A stretch of DNA of 64,000 nt from Lingula anatina. Its lineage: Eukaryota; Animalia; Brachiopoda. Under the pieces are notes generated by a model, which made no database searches, had not been told where the DNA came from, and saw only the letters and a program-made list of their open reading frames with translations. Below are positions 49,073 through 62,247 of this stretch, in pieces. Where the stretch lies: assembly GCA_051362555.1 (NCBI GenBank), contig CM120640.1, positions 6,386,001-6,450,000 of the forward strand, given 5' to 3'. Both the position numbers and the translations under genes were made by a program. Numbering within the stretch: position 1 is the stretch's first letter; every line of letters starts with the position of its first letter.

Positions 49073-52000
49073 AAAAAAACAAACATAAAAATGGAATTTT
49101 GAAAGAGGAATATTGAACAGTTGTTTATGTTTATCACATAGTCTGTAGTTAAGTCAGTATTTCGTAGCTGATAGGTAGTGTTGGAATGGCAGGTAAGACC
49201 TAGGAAGATACAAAACATGTACTTGAATTGGCAGATGTGAGTGGGGGAAAATGGGTGAGTGATAATTTTATGTATGACATTCATTGTCTTCAGTAAACAA
49301 AAATTTTAGAAAAAAAAGAGGAAAAAAGCAAAATGATGATTTGGATTCACAGTCATTTATGAAGAAGATGGCATTTGGGCTCCAGAGAGAAATACAAGTT
49401 CTGAAATAAGATTCCAGGTATAGTAGTTCATGAAGGACCACGTAGACTATCAAGTTTAGCAAGAAAATTGGGAAACTGAGCTCCGTTGGTTATTTTCCAA
49501 TTTGTCTTGTGGAAGATGTGTTGCATAAATAATTAGGTTGTCTCTATTTGTGTATCCGTCTGTTCCATGAGGAAAGAAAAGAGATAGCCAGCGGCTGTGC
49601 AAGAAACTCTAATGTATTACACCTTGTTACAAGACACTTAACACAGTGCTCTTGCCATGTAGACAACAGTCTCAAGTTCTTTGCATTTCCCAATTCGTAA
49701 AGGGAATAGGATACCCAGGCGTAAAAAAGCACAGCCAGAAGGCATATCCTTCAGACTGGTTAATTTGCAGAAAAACGGTTTACGCTATTTGTTGTAATAC
49801 ATGGGTGCACTGTGGCTTTATCTGCCAGATCTCACAGTGAATCTGAAAGCCAAAGCAAGATTCAGCAATTACTTTATAAGGGCAGCAATTTGAGGCGTGA
49901 CTTTGTTTATCCTCTGATGTTCTTTCAGTAATTCCAAATCATTCCATATATTTTATGAGCATTTTTGCATAACATTGATCAAAAAGCTGAAGGTCAAAAA
50001 AAGTGTGACCTATATGTTGTGGAAAATTGGAACTGACAGTATCAATGGCAATTGAGAGCCTGTAGTGTGGGCCCTCAACACATTATAAAATATATGTTGC
50101 AGTCTAGACTGGTTTGTTCTTAAGGTCCTCCCCATTAAACCTCATTACTTGGAGCACTTCTCAAGCCTTTGGGCAATTGCTCCCTTCAGGTTCAGGCAGA
50201 AACCCCACACATTCCCCATAATATATAGGCAACAGCCGAGACCCTTCTCACTCTTAAAAAAAAATAATAACAGGAGGCCAATCCATAAAAGTTGAATTAA
50301 AAAAAGGTTGTTATGATAATTTTTTTCTTTTTTTTTTGTGAAAATGCTTTTTGTAATTGCCAACAACTATTACTTTGATTACTTGTAGTATCTTATATAT
50401 CTGTAAATCTTTTCCACTTTCAATTTTTAAATTAAATTAATAGCAGGTTAATGAAATTTTTTAACCTGCTAATGATTTTTGTGAAGAAATGCTTTTTGAT
50501 AGTATCTTTCAGTATTATATCTCATAAAGATATAATCTTTCACACATTAGTATTATAAATGACTACGACTTGAACGGTGGTTTTAGTCAATGTAGAAAAC
50601 CACACACACATAATAAATCATACCTTATGGTGTAAGTCCCAGTGTATGGTAAATAGTTAAGGGGGACCTGGGTTACAATTTCTCCATAACTGTCATAACC
50701 AGTTATTTCCCAGGGACTAAAGCTGATAAAGGATAAGAAAAAAATGCATCGAGATATGATGTAAATTGTCTATAAATGTCATCATGTATACGTAAGAACA
50801 TGCACTCTCAATCAAGCTGCATTACTTGTGTGTGATAAATGAAACTTACAACTGCAGTTTTTCAGGTACTTTCTAGATTCCTGAAGTTGTGTGGTTTTTT
50901 GACTTGGCTCAAACTGCCATTAGCTTTTGAACAGAAGTGAAACGGGCAATGGCTTCAATGAAAGTATTGACTGACAGTGTAAAGATTATATGTAAAAAGT
51001 TAAAAACTCATCATGAGTATATTTGTAATAACAAAATGCATTTAACTTGAGCACATTGAATTAAAATGAATTAAAGAAAGAATGAGATTCCTTTTACAAA
51101 ATGTCTGCCAGTTAAGTAAAATCAGACTTGCATGTTCTGAAGCACAGTTGTTGTGTGAGAACATTTTAAAAATGTTTTCGTCATGACAGTGGAAGGATAA
51201 ACAGCACGGAGGATATGTGATCATGTTATTACAATAGAAAGTCCATTAGTCATGACCCAAAACACACAACACAGTGTCTACCCAAATAAAACATGGGAAA
51301 TCAAACAGTTCCTCAGGTACACAGGATAAAAGTACATGTTTTAGTTGTTTAGGTTGTGAGAGAGGAGAAACAGTCTTCCCAGTAGATCTGCAAGCTGGCA
51401 GAGAGGATTGGTCATTCTGGTTTTTAATTTTGAAGACCTGAACTTTCTGTTTTAGCTATCTCTGGAGGAAAGTGTTTTTTTGGCAAGGCACCTTGCTTCC
51501 TCTTGTATTACAAGTGGTTTACCTGAATTTATTGCTCAAATAACATAAGTTACATTTAATTAAAGTCAGGGGTTCACCCCTAACTGCTGGATATTTGGTG
51601 GTCCTAAACTTTAATTCCTGTCATGAGGAAAATGTTCTCCTTTCACTTTTGCTAAACAAAACAATTTTGTCTCCCTGCCCCCTCCCACCACCCAATCCCT
51701 TGCTATGGTTTTGCGATTGGCAATAATGTGTGAGAATTAGTTTATTTTGGTGATGTTAACTCACTTGAGCTCATCAGCTAAGGTTGGCCCAGACACTGCC
51801 AGACACAACAGTGTGGAGTGGCATTAGCTCGGTGCAGTTGTCGGTGGCTAGTCTGACTGATCCACCCACCACCTGAACCCATGGGCTGACGGCCAACCAA
51901 AGCACATTATCCTGTATGGTCATATGTGATGAGAAAAGAATCTGCGGCGAGCAAGCGGGTCTTGTTTTCTGTTGCCTTGGTTTGTGTTATGGTTTGTGGG

Positions 52001-55000
52001 GGTGAGGGGATGTTCTTTCACATGACCACTATTTGTAAGCGAGTGTTGTTCCTCTGTCCTTACTGCTTGGTGTGTGGGATGGAGTGAGGGTGGGATGGGA
52101 TGAGTGGGATGGAGTGAGGGTGGGATGGGATGAGGTGGGATGGAGTGAGAGTGGGATAGAGTGGGATGGGGTGAGGGTGGGATAGGATGGGGTGAGGGTG
52201 AGATAGAGTGAGGATTGGATGGAGTGAGAGTGGGATGCGGTGAGGGTGGACTGAGGGTAGATTGGAGAATGTAACTTTCACATGCCCAGTATATGACCTC
52301 TGTTTTTGCTGGAAAAATGCTCTTTTGAAGTGGTCTACAATCATTGTTCCCAATGCAAATGGAATAAATGTATTGTGAGGCAATGATTGTTAAAAGATGT
52401 AGTCATTTCTAAGATTCCACAGTTCAAATTATTTCAGCTAATATGCTTATAAATTATTTAAAAATTATTAAGAAGCTCAGTGAGAAATGAAATCCCTCTA
52501 TTTGTTTGAAGGAAATGTGATTCAGTTTCATGAAACAATACTGTAAGAAAAAATAAGTCAGGGGTATTTGATATACAAGTGACTTTCCTGTAATTTGAAA
52601 CCAACACCTTAGAAATGTTTGGAACATTAATAGTTGTAATAATCAAGGGAATGCTCAGGTCTCCTGTCTTCTCTTGATGAATGGGAACAACACTTCAAGG
52701 TGACACTGACACAACCAAGGAATTTAGGAAAACCAATTTCGTATAAAAAACATCAATAATTAGGATACTGTTACTGAAAAATGCATGTCGGCAAATTTAA
52801 TTAAGATGCCCTCAGATTTGTGTACATGTACCTAGACCGTGGCGCTTATCTATGTAGTAAATTTTGCTTTCCAAGAATTAGGGAATACCCTCCAGGATTT
52901 CCCAGCTGACTACCTTCACCCAGGCCTGACTTTTAGGTGAACCTCTAGAGGGGTTACTTGGTGTAAATGGGGCCTAAATACCACGATCTACTCCACCTCC
53001 ATTTGCTTTTGTTTTGAATTAGTTTTGACTCGTAATTACTATTAGTGATGTCTCTGCACTGGAAATAACATGTTCATAAAACGTGTTAATTTTTTCGTAC
53101 TATTTTAATAATTTAATTTTCAAAAAAGATCTTATATGACTGCATATTTACTGTGTCATTGTGTAAAAACCATTAGAAAAAAATTGTTATCAGTGTCAGT
53201 GCTGAAACTAGGAGCACGAAAACATCTTAGAAGCCTGCTTAGCCCAACAGCTATTTTTGTCAAAATCTAGTTTGTAGTTTTTTGCCTATTTTCAAGTAAT
53301 CTGGTGTGGTCAGTAAATCTCATCAGCTAATCTAAACAAAATCTCCCCAGATCTCCCCCGAGTTGGATCAACATTGAGTAAATTACTCAAGTTAGTCGCA
53401 AGAGATGGGAACGTCACTTTTTTTATTCAAACAAAGACACAAAATGGGATGTCTCCATTTGCAAATTCAAACAAGGTGCTGTCAGAGTGTTAACTCAGCC
53501 AGTGTGTGATACCCAGACCATGTATTCTTTGCTCAGGGGTGTTGGGTGAAACCCGGCTGGGATCTTTGTAACGTTTTGGTAAAATTTGTTATCCCAGAGT
53601 TAGCTGCTAATGGAATGATTACAGAGAATTCTTTTGGTAAACAGTGAGTGGAGATGAAAAAGAGGGCAGAGAAATACTTGAGGACGTTTATATAGTAGTA
53701 AAAAGAAATAGCTTAGAATCTGATTTCTCAACAGATATGTTCAAGAAAAGACTGTAGAAATAATGTGCAATATTCTTTGTACATGTAAGTCCCCTCTAAG
53801 GTATGTTTATTTTGGAGATGATAGGGGTGTTTACCTGCCTCCTATAATATCTGAAATAAAGAGTTTTTATTTTTTTACATGATTGTCACACACGTATGTA
53901 CTTTGGAGATATTCTTTAGGTGTTTTCTTTTTCTCTCAGTGTGTTCCTAAAAGTACATGTACTTAGAATCTGGTCCATAGAAGCTGTTATTTTTTGATGC
54001 TGGCCCATAAAGAACTCTGCGATGCAGTAGGCAGGTGTCTACTTGGTTTCTATTTATTAGAGGTAACAAATAGTAGAAAAGACCTGAGCACTAGATCTGA
54101 AAGTTCGGACCACCTTTTGGTTGAAATTTCTTTGGCAAAACAGGCCCCTGTTATAGTTGGCAGCAATGAAACTCCAGTGGGGCTGTTCTGCCCTAAGTCT
54201 AACTTTTATATCTTCTGGAATTTTCTGTGCCCTTCTACACTTGCTTTGATAGATTTGAATGTAAACATATAATTCATGTTTTGCCACAGTTCTGCCTCTT
54301 TATCAATTTATCCCTCTATGCCCGAGGTCAGTCGATGTGCCGTTGTTCCTAGAAATTACGAATAAACTAAAAACGGTAAACTAAGTTTTGCTAACCTATT
54401 TCCTTTAGGTTGCAACTTATTTTACTTCATTGAAAAGATGTGTTGCAAAACAATAACTGAGCAGTTTTGTTTGCTTCATATTTTGTGAACTGCAAGGAGT
54501 TGGTCTGGAAATGAAAATTGCTTCTGTTAAAGATCAATTAAGCCAAAATTATATCATGAAGTATGTTAGCCAAGCCCAGACGTATGCCTGCTGGCCCAGT
54601 AGATTGACATACTAATTTGTACATTAATCCAGCAGGTGACATTAAAAGCTGGAGTTATTAAGTGATCTTTAGGAACAATGTCAGTAGGGCAAGGTGCTAG
54701 GTCAGTGAAACTCTCCTTTGATTTTTATGAGAATTTAAATAGGAATGCCATTTGTTTTGAACCCAGACATACAATATACAATTGATTTATGCTGATTGTT
54801 CCAATTAATATTATGCAGGCAGTGACAAGGGCCAGTTTCAAGAACATTGTGGGTGTGAAAAAAAAAAAAGAATAGTTGAGAAAATTGGACTAGGTACTGT
54901 AGTTTGTTATGTTCCAGACACAAAACAATAAGAATTCTATGCTCGTATCTGCATCTTGCTGGCAAGTATTTATGTATATTGGCATATTATTAATGTGTAC

Positions 55001-58000
55001 CATGTATATGTAATTGTGAGTAAATGATAACTCTGTTCGTTGTGATATTTGATGCATTTACAGCTGATAAAAGGATTACAGGTGTGTTTGGACATTCTTT
55101 GGACATATCTATTCAAATTAAGAGAAAAAGGAGGTTTTCACTGTTCAGAACAGGGAACGGTTATTTTACCAGCATAAAAGTGCATCCAAGAAGAGACAGG
55201 AACTGTACTATAAAACACTATGTGTCTGTCTCACTTGTCTCTTCTGATTCTGTTTCCACACTTTTTCTGACCGCCAAATCGCTGCAAGTGTGTGTGGCTA
55301 GGCTCATTTTTCCCATTTATCATGCTGTGATCAAATATTCCTGTTAGTTATGTCTTGTTAGAAAGTTTCATCTTTACAGATTTTTTCATCTTGTTAGCTT
55401 ACACAGATCATGACAGGAGACCATTGCATAACTTAAAGATATCATTTTGCAAATAGTAAATCTTTAAAGCATCTGGGTAGGGGTGTGTGTAGGCAAAGCA
55501 GATAGCGTGAAAATGTTTCTTTTTTATGTTTTATTCTAAATTTCTGATCGTTTCACCTCTGAAGGATGCTTTTTCTCCTACTTGAAAAGAGCTATTAGGA
55601 TAACACATGTTTTATGTAACATTGCTGTTTTCACATGACTGAGAAATTTCCCTCCCTTTGAATAAGGCCCTCCTTTTATGCAAAAAAGTAATGTTTAGGA
55701 ATTCACTCTGATTCTGTAAAAAATGTTTATCATTAGTAGAAATTCATTAGAGGAGGAGAGTTATTTCAGTTTTTTGTAAACTATCTATTTTCCATATTGC
55801 TTTCACTGAGATTAAATAATAGTCAGTTGTAAGTGTTACGTAATTGGCTTTAAAAAAAATAATGGGCAGATTTGGAACCAGAATTTTTGGTAATTTGAGC
55901 ATCTTGAGAAAAATGAAGTTAGTGACTTTCCAATGAAAATGCTTCAGAAGAATAGTTGCGCAGTGTCACACACAATACAAGGGTGGCAGTGGCCAAATGC
56001 TGAAAGCTTTGTGATCAGCAGTGCATAAAAATTGGGAAAACTGCGATTTATTTCATGTTGAAAGCAGTATCACCTCTGATGTCTGACCAAATGCCATGGG
56101 ATCTAGATTTATTACTGAACACACTGCCATTAATTATGTTGCTAACAAGCTGTTCTTCCTATTCTACAGCTCATAGCCATTGGACCCACCACACAGCAAG
56201 CGTTGGTGAAGCACGGGTACGCAGTCGCCGCGACAGCACACAAACCTACGCCACACTGCCTGCTCTCCTGTGTCATGGAGGTAAAATACTTCACTAACAG
56301 TAGACTTCTAAATTTTTTCAGCACCTTGAAGTGTTATTTGTATTGATAAAAGTGTTTCTTATATATTTCTCATGCCATTTAGTTTTTCTGCACAAAGGAA
56401 TAAAGTGTTTTTTGTAAAAAAAATTAATATGTCAGCTGGATATTTCCATAAAGAAGAAAGCACATTTTTAAGGAAACAATCATCTGACACAGACAAGTCT
56501 TTGTCAACATGTTTTATCTATAAAAAAAGAGGATTTAAGGTTTATCTATCCTTTAAGAAGATGGAAACAACATATTCTGTTGGTTGACGCAATGGTTACG
56601 TTTTTGCTTCAGGTTTAAAACATTTTGATATCTGTATAAATATTCCCTGTTGAAATGAAAACCTAGAGAGGTTTCTCTCCTTTAATCATAATAGTTAATA
56701 TGTTTAGAGGAGGGTGGGGATGATTTTGTGATAACTGATTAAAAAGAATGAATTTTCCAGACAACCAACTCCTAAACTCTTCAGCAGAACTGTTCCTTGG
56801 CAATTTGCCAATGGAAATCAAGCAAATGTTGTGTTTTTCCTAAAAATTGTGGACTGGATGCTATTTTGTTTTTATTTCATTGGTCATTAATCAATATTTG
56901 TATCAATTTTCCTGCTGTCAATGTTGGCATCATTGTTTAGCATTCAAGAGTTTTAAAGACTGCTAACTTGTGTTTTGGCTATTGTCTTCTATGTCTTGTA
57001 TGCTATGGTCAGCATGGCTGATAGGCACCAGATAATAAGTCATACTTTGTAATGGGACATTTTCTGAGCAGTATGTTGTACATTTAACAAGAAAAACAAA
57101 AATACTCCAATGCCTTTCACTAAAAATCAGTGTGGGTAGGAAGATATTTAGGGGCATCTATCTCAAAAGAATAACATCTTCATAGTAATAGGTCTTCAGC
57201 AGAAGACCCCTTGGTAAATGATGATTTTTTTTTCTTTGGAAATGTTAAAGAATATTTGAGGGGGAAGTAAGACAAAATTTCAGTAAAATCATTTTCTACA
57301 CCTTCCCATCTGACTGCATCCCTGGGCTCCTGAATGAGCACACGTTCTGTTGCAATAAAACAGCATGAATCTGGTGCTGAAGGCATGCACCTCGTACCAC
57401 AAAAGGCCGCCTGGTCAGGACAGTTCAATTACCATATCATAAGATATCAAAACACATCTCTTCCCTGCTCTTTTGCATAAGGAGTTTGTTTGGCCATCAG
57501 TGCTCATGTAAATAACATTTGCTCGGCTATTTCCTAGATTTCCAGATTGGAAATGACTAATGATAATAACATTGGTTTTTAATGTTTATGTCTGGGGTAC
57601 AGATGAAGTAAGCAGATTTTTACCAAGATTTTTTTTTCTTTTGCAACAACCACTTGTAAGACATGCTTACAGTGTCCAATGTTACTTTTTTATATTCATT
57701 TACATATCCTGGAGTCTAAAAGAGTCCAATTGAAACTGTATGGTCTTAAGTTCAAAACTATTGGTCCATTCAATGCTAGTATTGCATGTATTACACATAC
57801 AAGAATCAGCTATTTGGTGCCAATTCCAGAAATTAAATACTTCCTGCAGCAGAGCAATAGAACAACTAAAGGAGGCATTATCATATCTGGAATCTTAGAC
57901 CATTTTCACATTGTGTGGTTCACTTTTTTGTTTTTGAGAGATTGACAACTTGATAGCCTGGCTGTTATATAAGGAAGTCATCTAAATGGATCTGCTCCCC

Positions 58001-59993
58001 CACCCCCCATGCTCAACATAGCCAATTACTAGATTGATATAGATTGGTACATTGGCATTTGGAAAAATTAAAAAAGAAATTCCTTGTTTTGACCAGTCAA
58101 ACTGGTGTGATACAGACAACTGGCCTGCTGGATGTGAAAATGGCCTTACTTGGTGAATGAAGCAGCTCTGACCACAAGTTCAGCAGAGTATCTCACCTCT
58201 GAACTTGCACATAGTTGGTTGACACCTCCCCTGTTATAGATGGACATTTTGGTGTGCAGCTGACATTTTAGTGTGTGTTTCCTAGTGTATGTTTGCTTTC
58301 CTCACATGTAGAGTTAGCCAGTAACCACCCTAACAATAAAGGTGCTGCACCAGTCGGTACCTTCCTTGTATATCTCAAGATATACACTTTCAGGGGCCTT
58401 GACATTCTTGTGGGGGCTTAATGGGTGGATAAAAATGTATGGTTTTTGGCCCTGCTCTTCACCCTGACTGATATTTACTTTAAGGCCCCTGAGCAGCGTG
58501 GTGAGAAGTGTGGCTTTCTCCAGCAAAGCAATGGCCACCTGTCACCAAGGTACCACCCACAGTGCAGGCCAGAGGTTGGAAACTATTTAAAAGCCCACTA
58601 TTACAGTGTGTGAGTGCTTTAACTATTAAATGTTAATTTTTATTGTTTTCTACCTTTTACATCGTCTCTTTGTTTTCCCCAAAATAGCTAAGAAAAAATG
58701 TATGCTGTGGTGAGAGTGGAGAACCTTCTAAAACATAGTTAGGAATGGTGTCCTTGGGGCTAAAGACGATAGCACATTTTTTAAGATTAACTTTGGGGCA
58801 TGTTTGTAGGTGAAATTTTCATTTTGAGTGTATTGTAATTGTGGTTTCAGTGGTATATTTTGTACAAATCGACTTGAAGTGGCGCATGGGACTTTTAGCA
58901 AATAAAAAACTAAACTAAGTTATCACTGACACACCTGACTGTAATTGGAATTTTCTGGCAAAAAAGGCAGGTTAAGGATTCTTATGACCCTGAAAAGTCC
59001 AATTTTCACTGTTGCTGCTTACAGAATACCAACCATGTCAGACTGCAAGTTACAAGCAATCCATATTAAAATGCATGGAGAAAGTAAAGGGTAGAGAATG
59101 GATGCAAACCCTGTGCCAAATTGCCTGACCTCATTCGGGGCGTGAGGGAGACTGGAAGGGCCAGACTTGAAACTTTTTTTTTTTTTTGGTTGTTGATTTT
59201 AAGAGTGAAGAAAAACCCTTGCAATTTTGTTTTCACACTTGCTTTACCATTGGCAGTGTTGATTTATTTCAAAACATCTATCTTAGCTATCAAATGTGAT
59301 TATAAAACCAACTGCCTGATTGCACTTTTTTGACAAGTGGTCTTGCCAATTGGTATATAATTGAGCAAAAAAGATATTATTTCACAAGAGCTAAGGTGCT
59401 TAGCTGCCACCTGGGTGTTCCAGAGTTTACAACCCCCTTCTCTCTCACACCCCAGGGCCCCCACCACCCTGGCTTTATCTCACCTAGTATTTGACTTGCC
59501 TGGCAGTGAGCCAACAATCTTTTAATATTACTTGTCAAAGCAAACAGGCTCAAACACGAGAAGTATCATTTTTGGCTGTCGGCTGGCACCTGACCAAGGG
59601 CTGTAAGTCGCTTACTTCCCAAGCCATTTAAAGTTGTAAGAAGGAACAGAAAGTTCCCACATAGAACCACAGTTTGTAAGAGGTGAGCACCGAGCAGTCT
59701 ACTCCTGCTATCACATTACTACTCACCAGGGGAAGTTGAGAGGAAAAAAAGGTAACCATAATGAATCTCTTACTGCCTCCTCAAGGTTTGAACTGGCTTT
59801 GACTCGTGTAGGTATAGTTCTGTGGTCTGAGAGGGATGGAGTCCTGTATCCACATTTCACCTCACTTTCAGTTTGTTGTCTTACCAATTTTTCCCTCTAG
59901 TTTTTGTAACATTTCTCCAGAGAAGGATATTGCTTTTTTATTTGTATAATAAACTTTTGTTTGTTTCTTTTCTTTTAGTTGATTGGCCATTAG
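17947..59993 (+). CDS. UROS: Uroporphyrinogen-III synthase (HemD), 8-9 coding exons over 42 kb, about 262 aa
   Basis: Exons 17947-18012, 18446-18626, 22311-22385, 25701-25775, 29681-29764, 37684-37769, 40442-40537, 56170-56280 and probably 59979-59993 (LIGH-stop); phases consistent, 789 nt. Motifs CIPVLRF, YSGIIFTSQRAVEA, FVVGEATA, GENTGSAESL, LLFPCGNLRRETLP, ITVYNT, FYSPSG, IAIGPTT, KPTP. Alternative in-frame ATG at 17938; alternative end by read-through to TGA at 56346. Confidence 0.9.
24705..24892. repeat. Tandem duplication, 96-bp unit x2
   Basis: GATTGTAAAA...AAAACTTCTGAACA...TTTTTTGGTGTGG...AGAGAAGAATTTAATC starts at 24711 and again at 24807. Confidence 0.9.
27170..27240. repeat. Tandem duplication, about 31-bp unit x2
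   Basis: AACACTTATGTTGTACTTTTTCTAGAAA repeated directly. Confidence 0.9.
31518..31627. repeat. Compound microsatellite (CA)n/(CGTA)n/(GA)n
   Basis: Direct reading of sequence. Confidence 0.95.
37258..37485. repeat. Diverged tandem duplication, about 114-bp unit x2
   Basis: TAGCAAAGCTG...TCAATGGAACA.TGATT...GCAGAAAAGCACAA starts at 37261 and 37375. Confidence 0.8.
39132..39162. repeat. Poly(A) tract (similar poly(T) tracts near 28455-28478, 44198-44221 and 49040-49071)
   Basis: Homopolymer run of about 30 nt. Confidence 0.95.
45295..45341. repeat. (CA)n microsatellite
   Basis: Direct reading of sequence. Confidence 0.9.
52075..52267 (+). repeat. G-rich degenerate pentamer array (GGGAT/GAGGGT/GGAGT)
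   Basis: About 190 nt of purine-rich repeats such as GGGATGGAGTGAGGGTGGGATGGGAT. Confidence 0.9.
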
Positions 59994-62247
59994 AAGTGAG
60001 AGAGAAGAAAGCACACCTATCAAGACAGAAGACTTGCTAGCCATAGAGACAGTGACATTCAGGTACAGGTCCAGTGTGATATAATCTGTGTGTATTTGAC
60101 TGGCAGTCCTCACTAGCTAACCTGTCACTTTCCCAGTAGATATTACCATGCATGCAGTGCTTGCTCTCACTTGCTCAGAGTAAAAGAGAGACTTGGTTTA
60201 ATACCATTAACTAGCTCAGCATCAGCAGCACAGACCAGCTTGAGGAAGTTGATCTTCTGTTTGGGAAGGAATCTCCATCAGAAATACACATAACTAGTGC
60301 AAGTCTAAAATGAAAGATGTAATAGTTTTTTTCTCAGAATAGTTTGAAATTTTACCCTCAAAAGAAATACGATCAACTTATGTTTTAAGTTTAAAGTTAG
60401 AAATATGAACAGTCATAGGTATTATACAGATTGTGTTGTGTTAATGAGACCTTATACTCATACTTGTACTTGTTATCATCACTTCCTTTAAAAACTTAAT
60501 TTTTGTACTTCTCATGAAAGAAGTATGAATATGGAGATTTCTGAGATTTGAATTTATTCTATGAAAAGTCATTACTTGGCTTATATTTTAGTTATATAAT
60601 AAAAAAATTCTGTCTGCCTGTGTGTGGTATGTTGTAACCTTAGTTGATAAAGGTCCTAGATAGTCTTGTAGAGAATGAGCCAACATCATACTTCACAGCA
60701 TAGTTGTGAAATTAATGGATGGCATTTCTGTCATTTCACTGAAAGTCGCCAAGTTGTGCCTTGATGGGGTTTCCTGTATCTGTTCCTCTGCGTCAGGGTG
60801 CAGGCATTACATTCATAGCCAAGGCATGATTATTCTCTGTTTGAATTTCATTGGGGTTGAATGGGGTTGAATTATAGAGTATCTTTTACTGTTTTAACCT
60901 TTTCAGAATGCATAACTTCAGCATTGGCTTAAAAAGAATTCATATTTTTTAATATCTAAAAGACATTTTTAGGTGTGAGCTGCCCTTTATGTTAATTCAC
61001 ATTCACTATTTTTAACTACCCATCAGCTGTTAAAATGTTGTCAGTGAAGAACTACTGGTCAAGTTATTTTCCATTATGTTGATGGCACTGTATTTTTACA
61101 AATGAATCAAGGAGATGAGCAGGGATTGTTGTTATATAGAGAGTGAATATTTACAAAAAGTTGACCTCGTATAACCCTAGAAACTGTCAGCTGTTTATGG
61201 AATACCACAGGTTAAGGACATATTTGTTTTGAAAGAAGTTGGGACCCATATTTTATACCAGTTAATACTTTTGGCCCAGGTCCAACAACTTGAAAGAGTT
61301 TTAGCACCTTTGCAAGTTACAAGAGAAGATGACAACATATTTACTGTATTTGGTAACATTTAATTAATGGATTCAACTTGTAAACAATAGAAACTGATAC
61401 TGGGGAAAGCATTAACTAGTGTCTGTTTGTTTTTCATACAATTTTGGTTATAAAAATATGCTGTCATTCAGTTCTATTTTGCTTTGTATATTGATTTCAT
61501 AACTATTTTATTGAAGTCGGGGGAGGGGCGAGGAATACACTAATGGTAGATTTGCTGATCCTCTTTGCCTGCTTTGCACCATAAAGTCCTCTTCATTTTT
61601 AACTAATTTAGAGCAAAACTAGAGGTTTGTTTCCAGTCCAGTTGTGACTAGTTAACCAACTTTGTCCCATCTCAAGAGACCTGAGATTATGATAAGTTCA
61701 CCATAGAAAACTGATCTAATCCTCTATCTCTGCTCTCTGCCTACAGCCATTGTAAATGAAGTTTTGTCCTGTGCTGTTACGCAAAGTTATGTGTTATAGT
61801 ATAAATTAAATGGTAAGAAAGTCTTAAACAGTCTACAGAAGTAGCTAGTGTGTTCTACTGTCAAGACTGGACATCACTTGATGACCATATTGTCTACCCA
61901 AAAATGTGAAATGCCAAGGCACAGCATGTGTCCCTGTGTTATTTAGTCCCTTTTTACATGGAGCAGTATACTTTAGTAATACAGTCTGTACTGGTATACT
62001 TTGCTATAGGGGTTTTAACTATTTTTTATCCCCCTTTCACAAGTTCTCCAGACATTTGCTTCTTGCTGTTAAGTGGCTCTGTCAAACGCTTGCTCCATTT
62101 AGGGGACTCTTTTTAATTATCGACAGACTTTTAAGTTGTCCATCTTTCAAAGTGTACCAGTGCAGCCTTACTGCTAAAGAGCACTGCCCAATAGAAAAAG
62201 GGACTAAGATTGCAAGATATCCTTAATATCAGTTTGACTGTTTCTTA

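Noticed and set aside
51771-51830. Peptide AKVGPDTAR resembling the UROS AIGPTTA motif (also GPTT at about 61279)
   Set aside because: Early stop codons and no convincing acceptor in phase; the true exon is at 56170-56280.
58391-58491. CAGGGGCCTT...AAGGCCCCTG inverted pair as a hAT-like MITE
   Set aside because: Only about 11 bp of complementarity and no target-site duplication.
59770-59866. Minus-strand A-box/B-box-like sequence (GTTCAAACC) suggesting a tRNA or SINE head
   Set aside because: No cloverleaf can be drawn and no second copy in the window; too degenerate to call.
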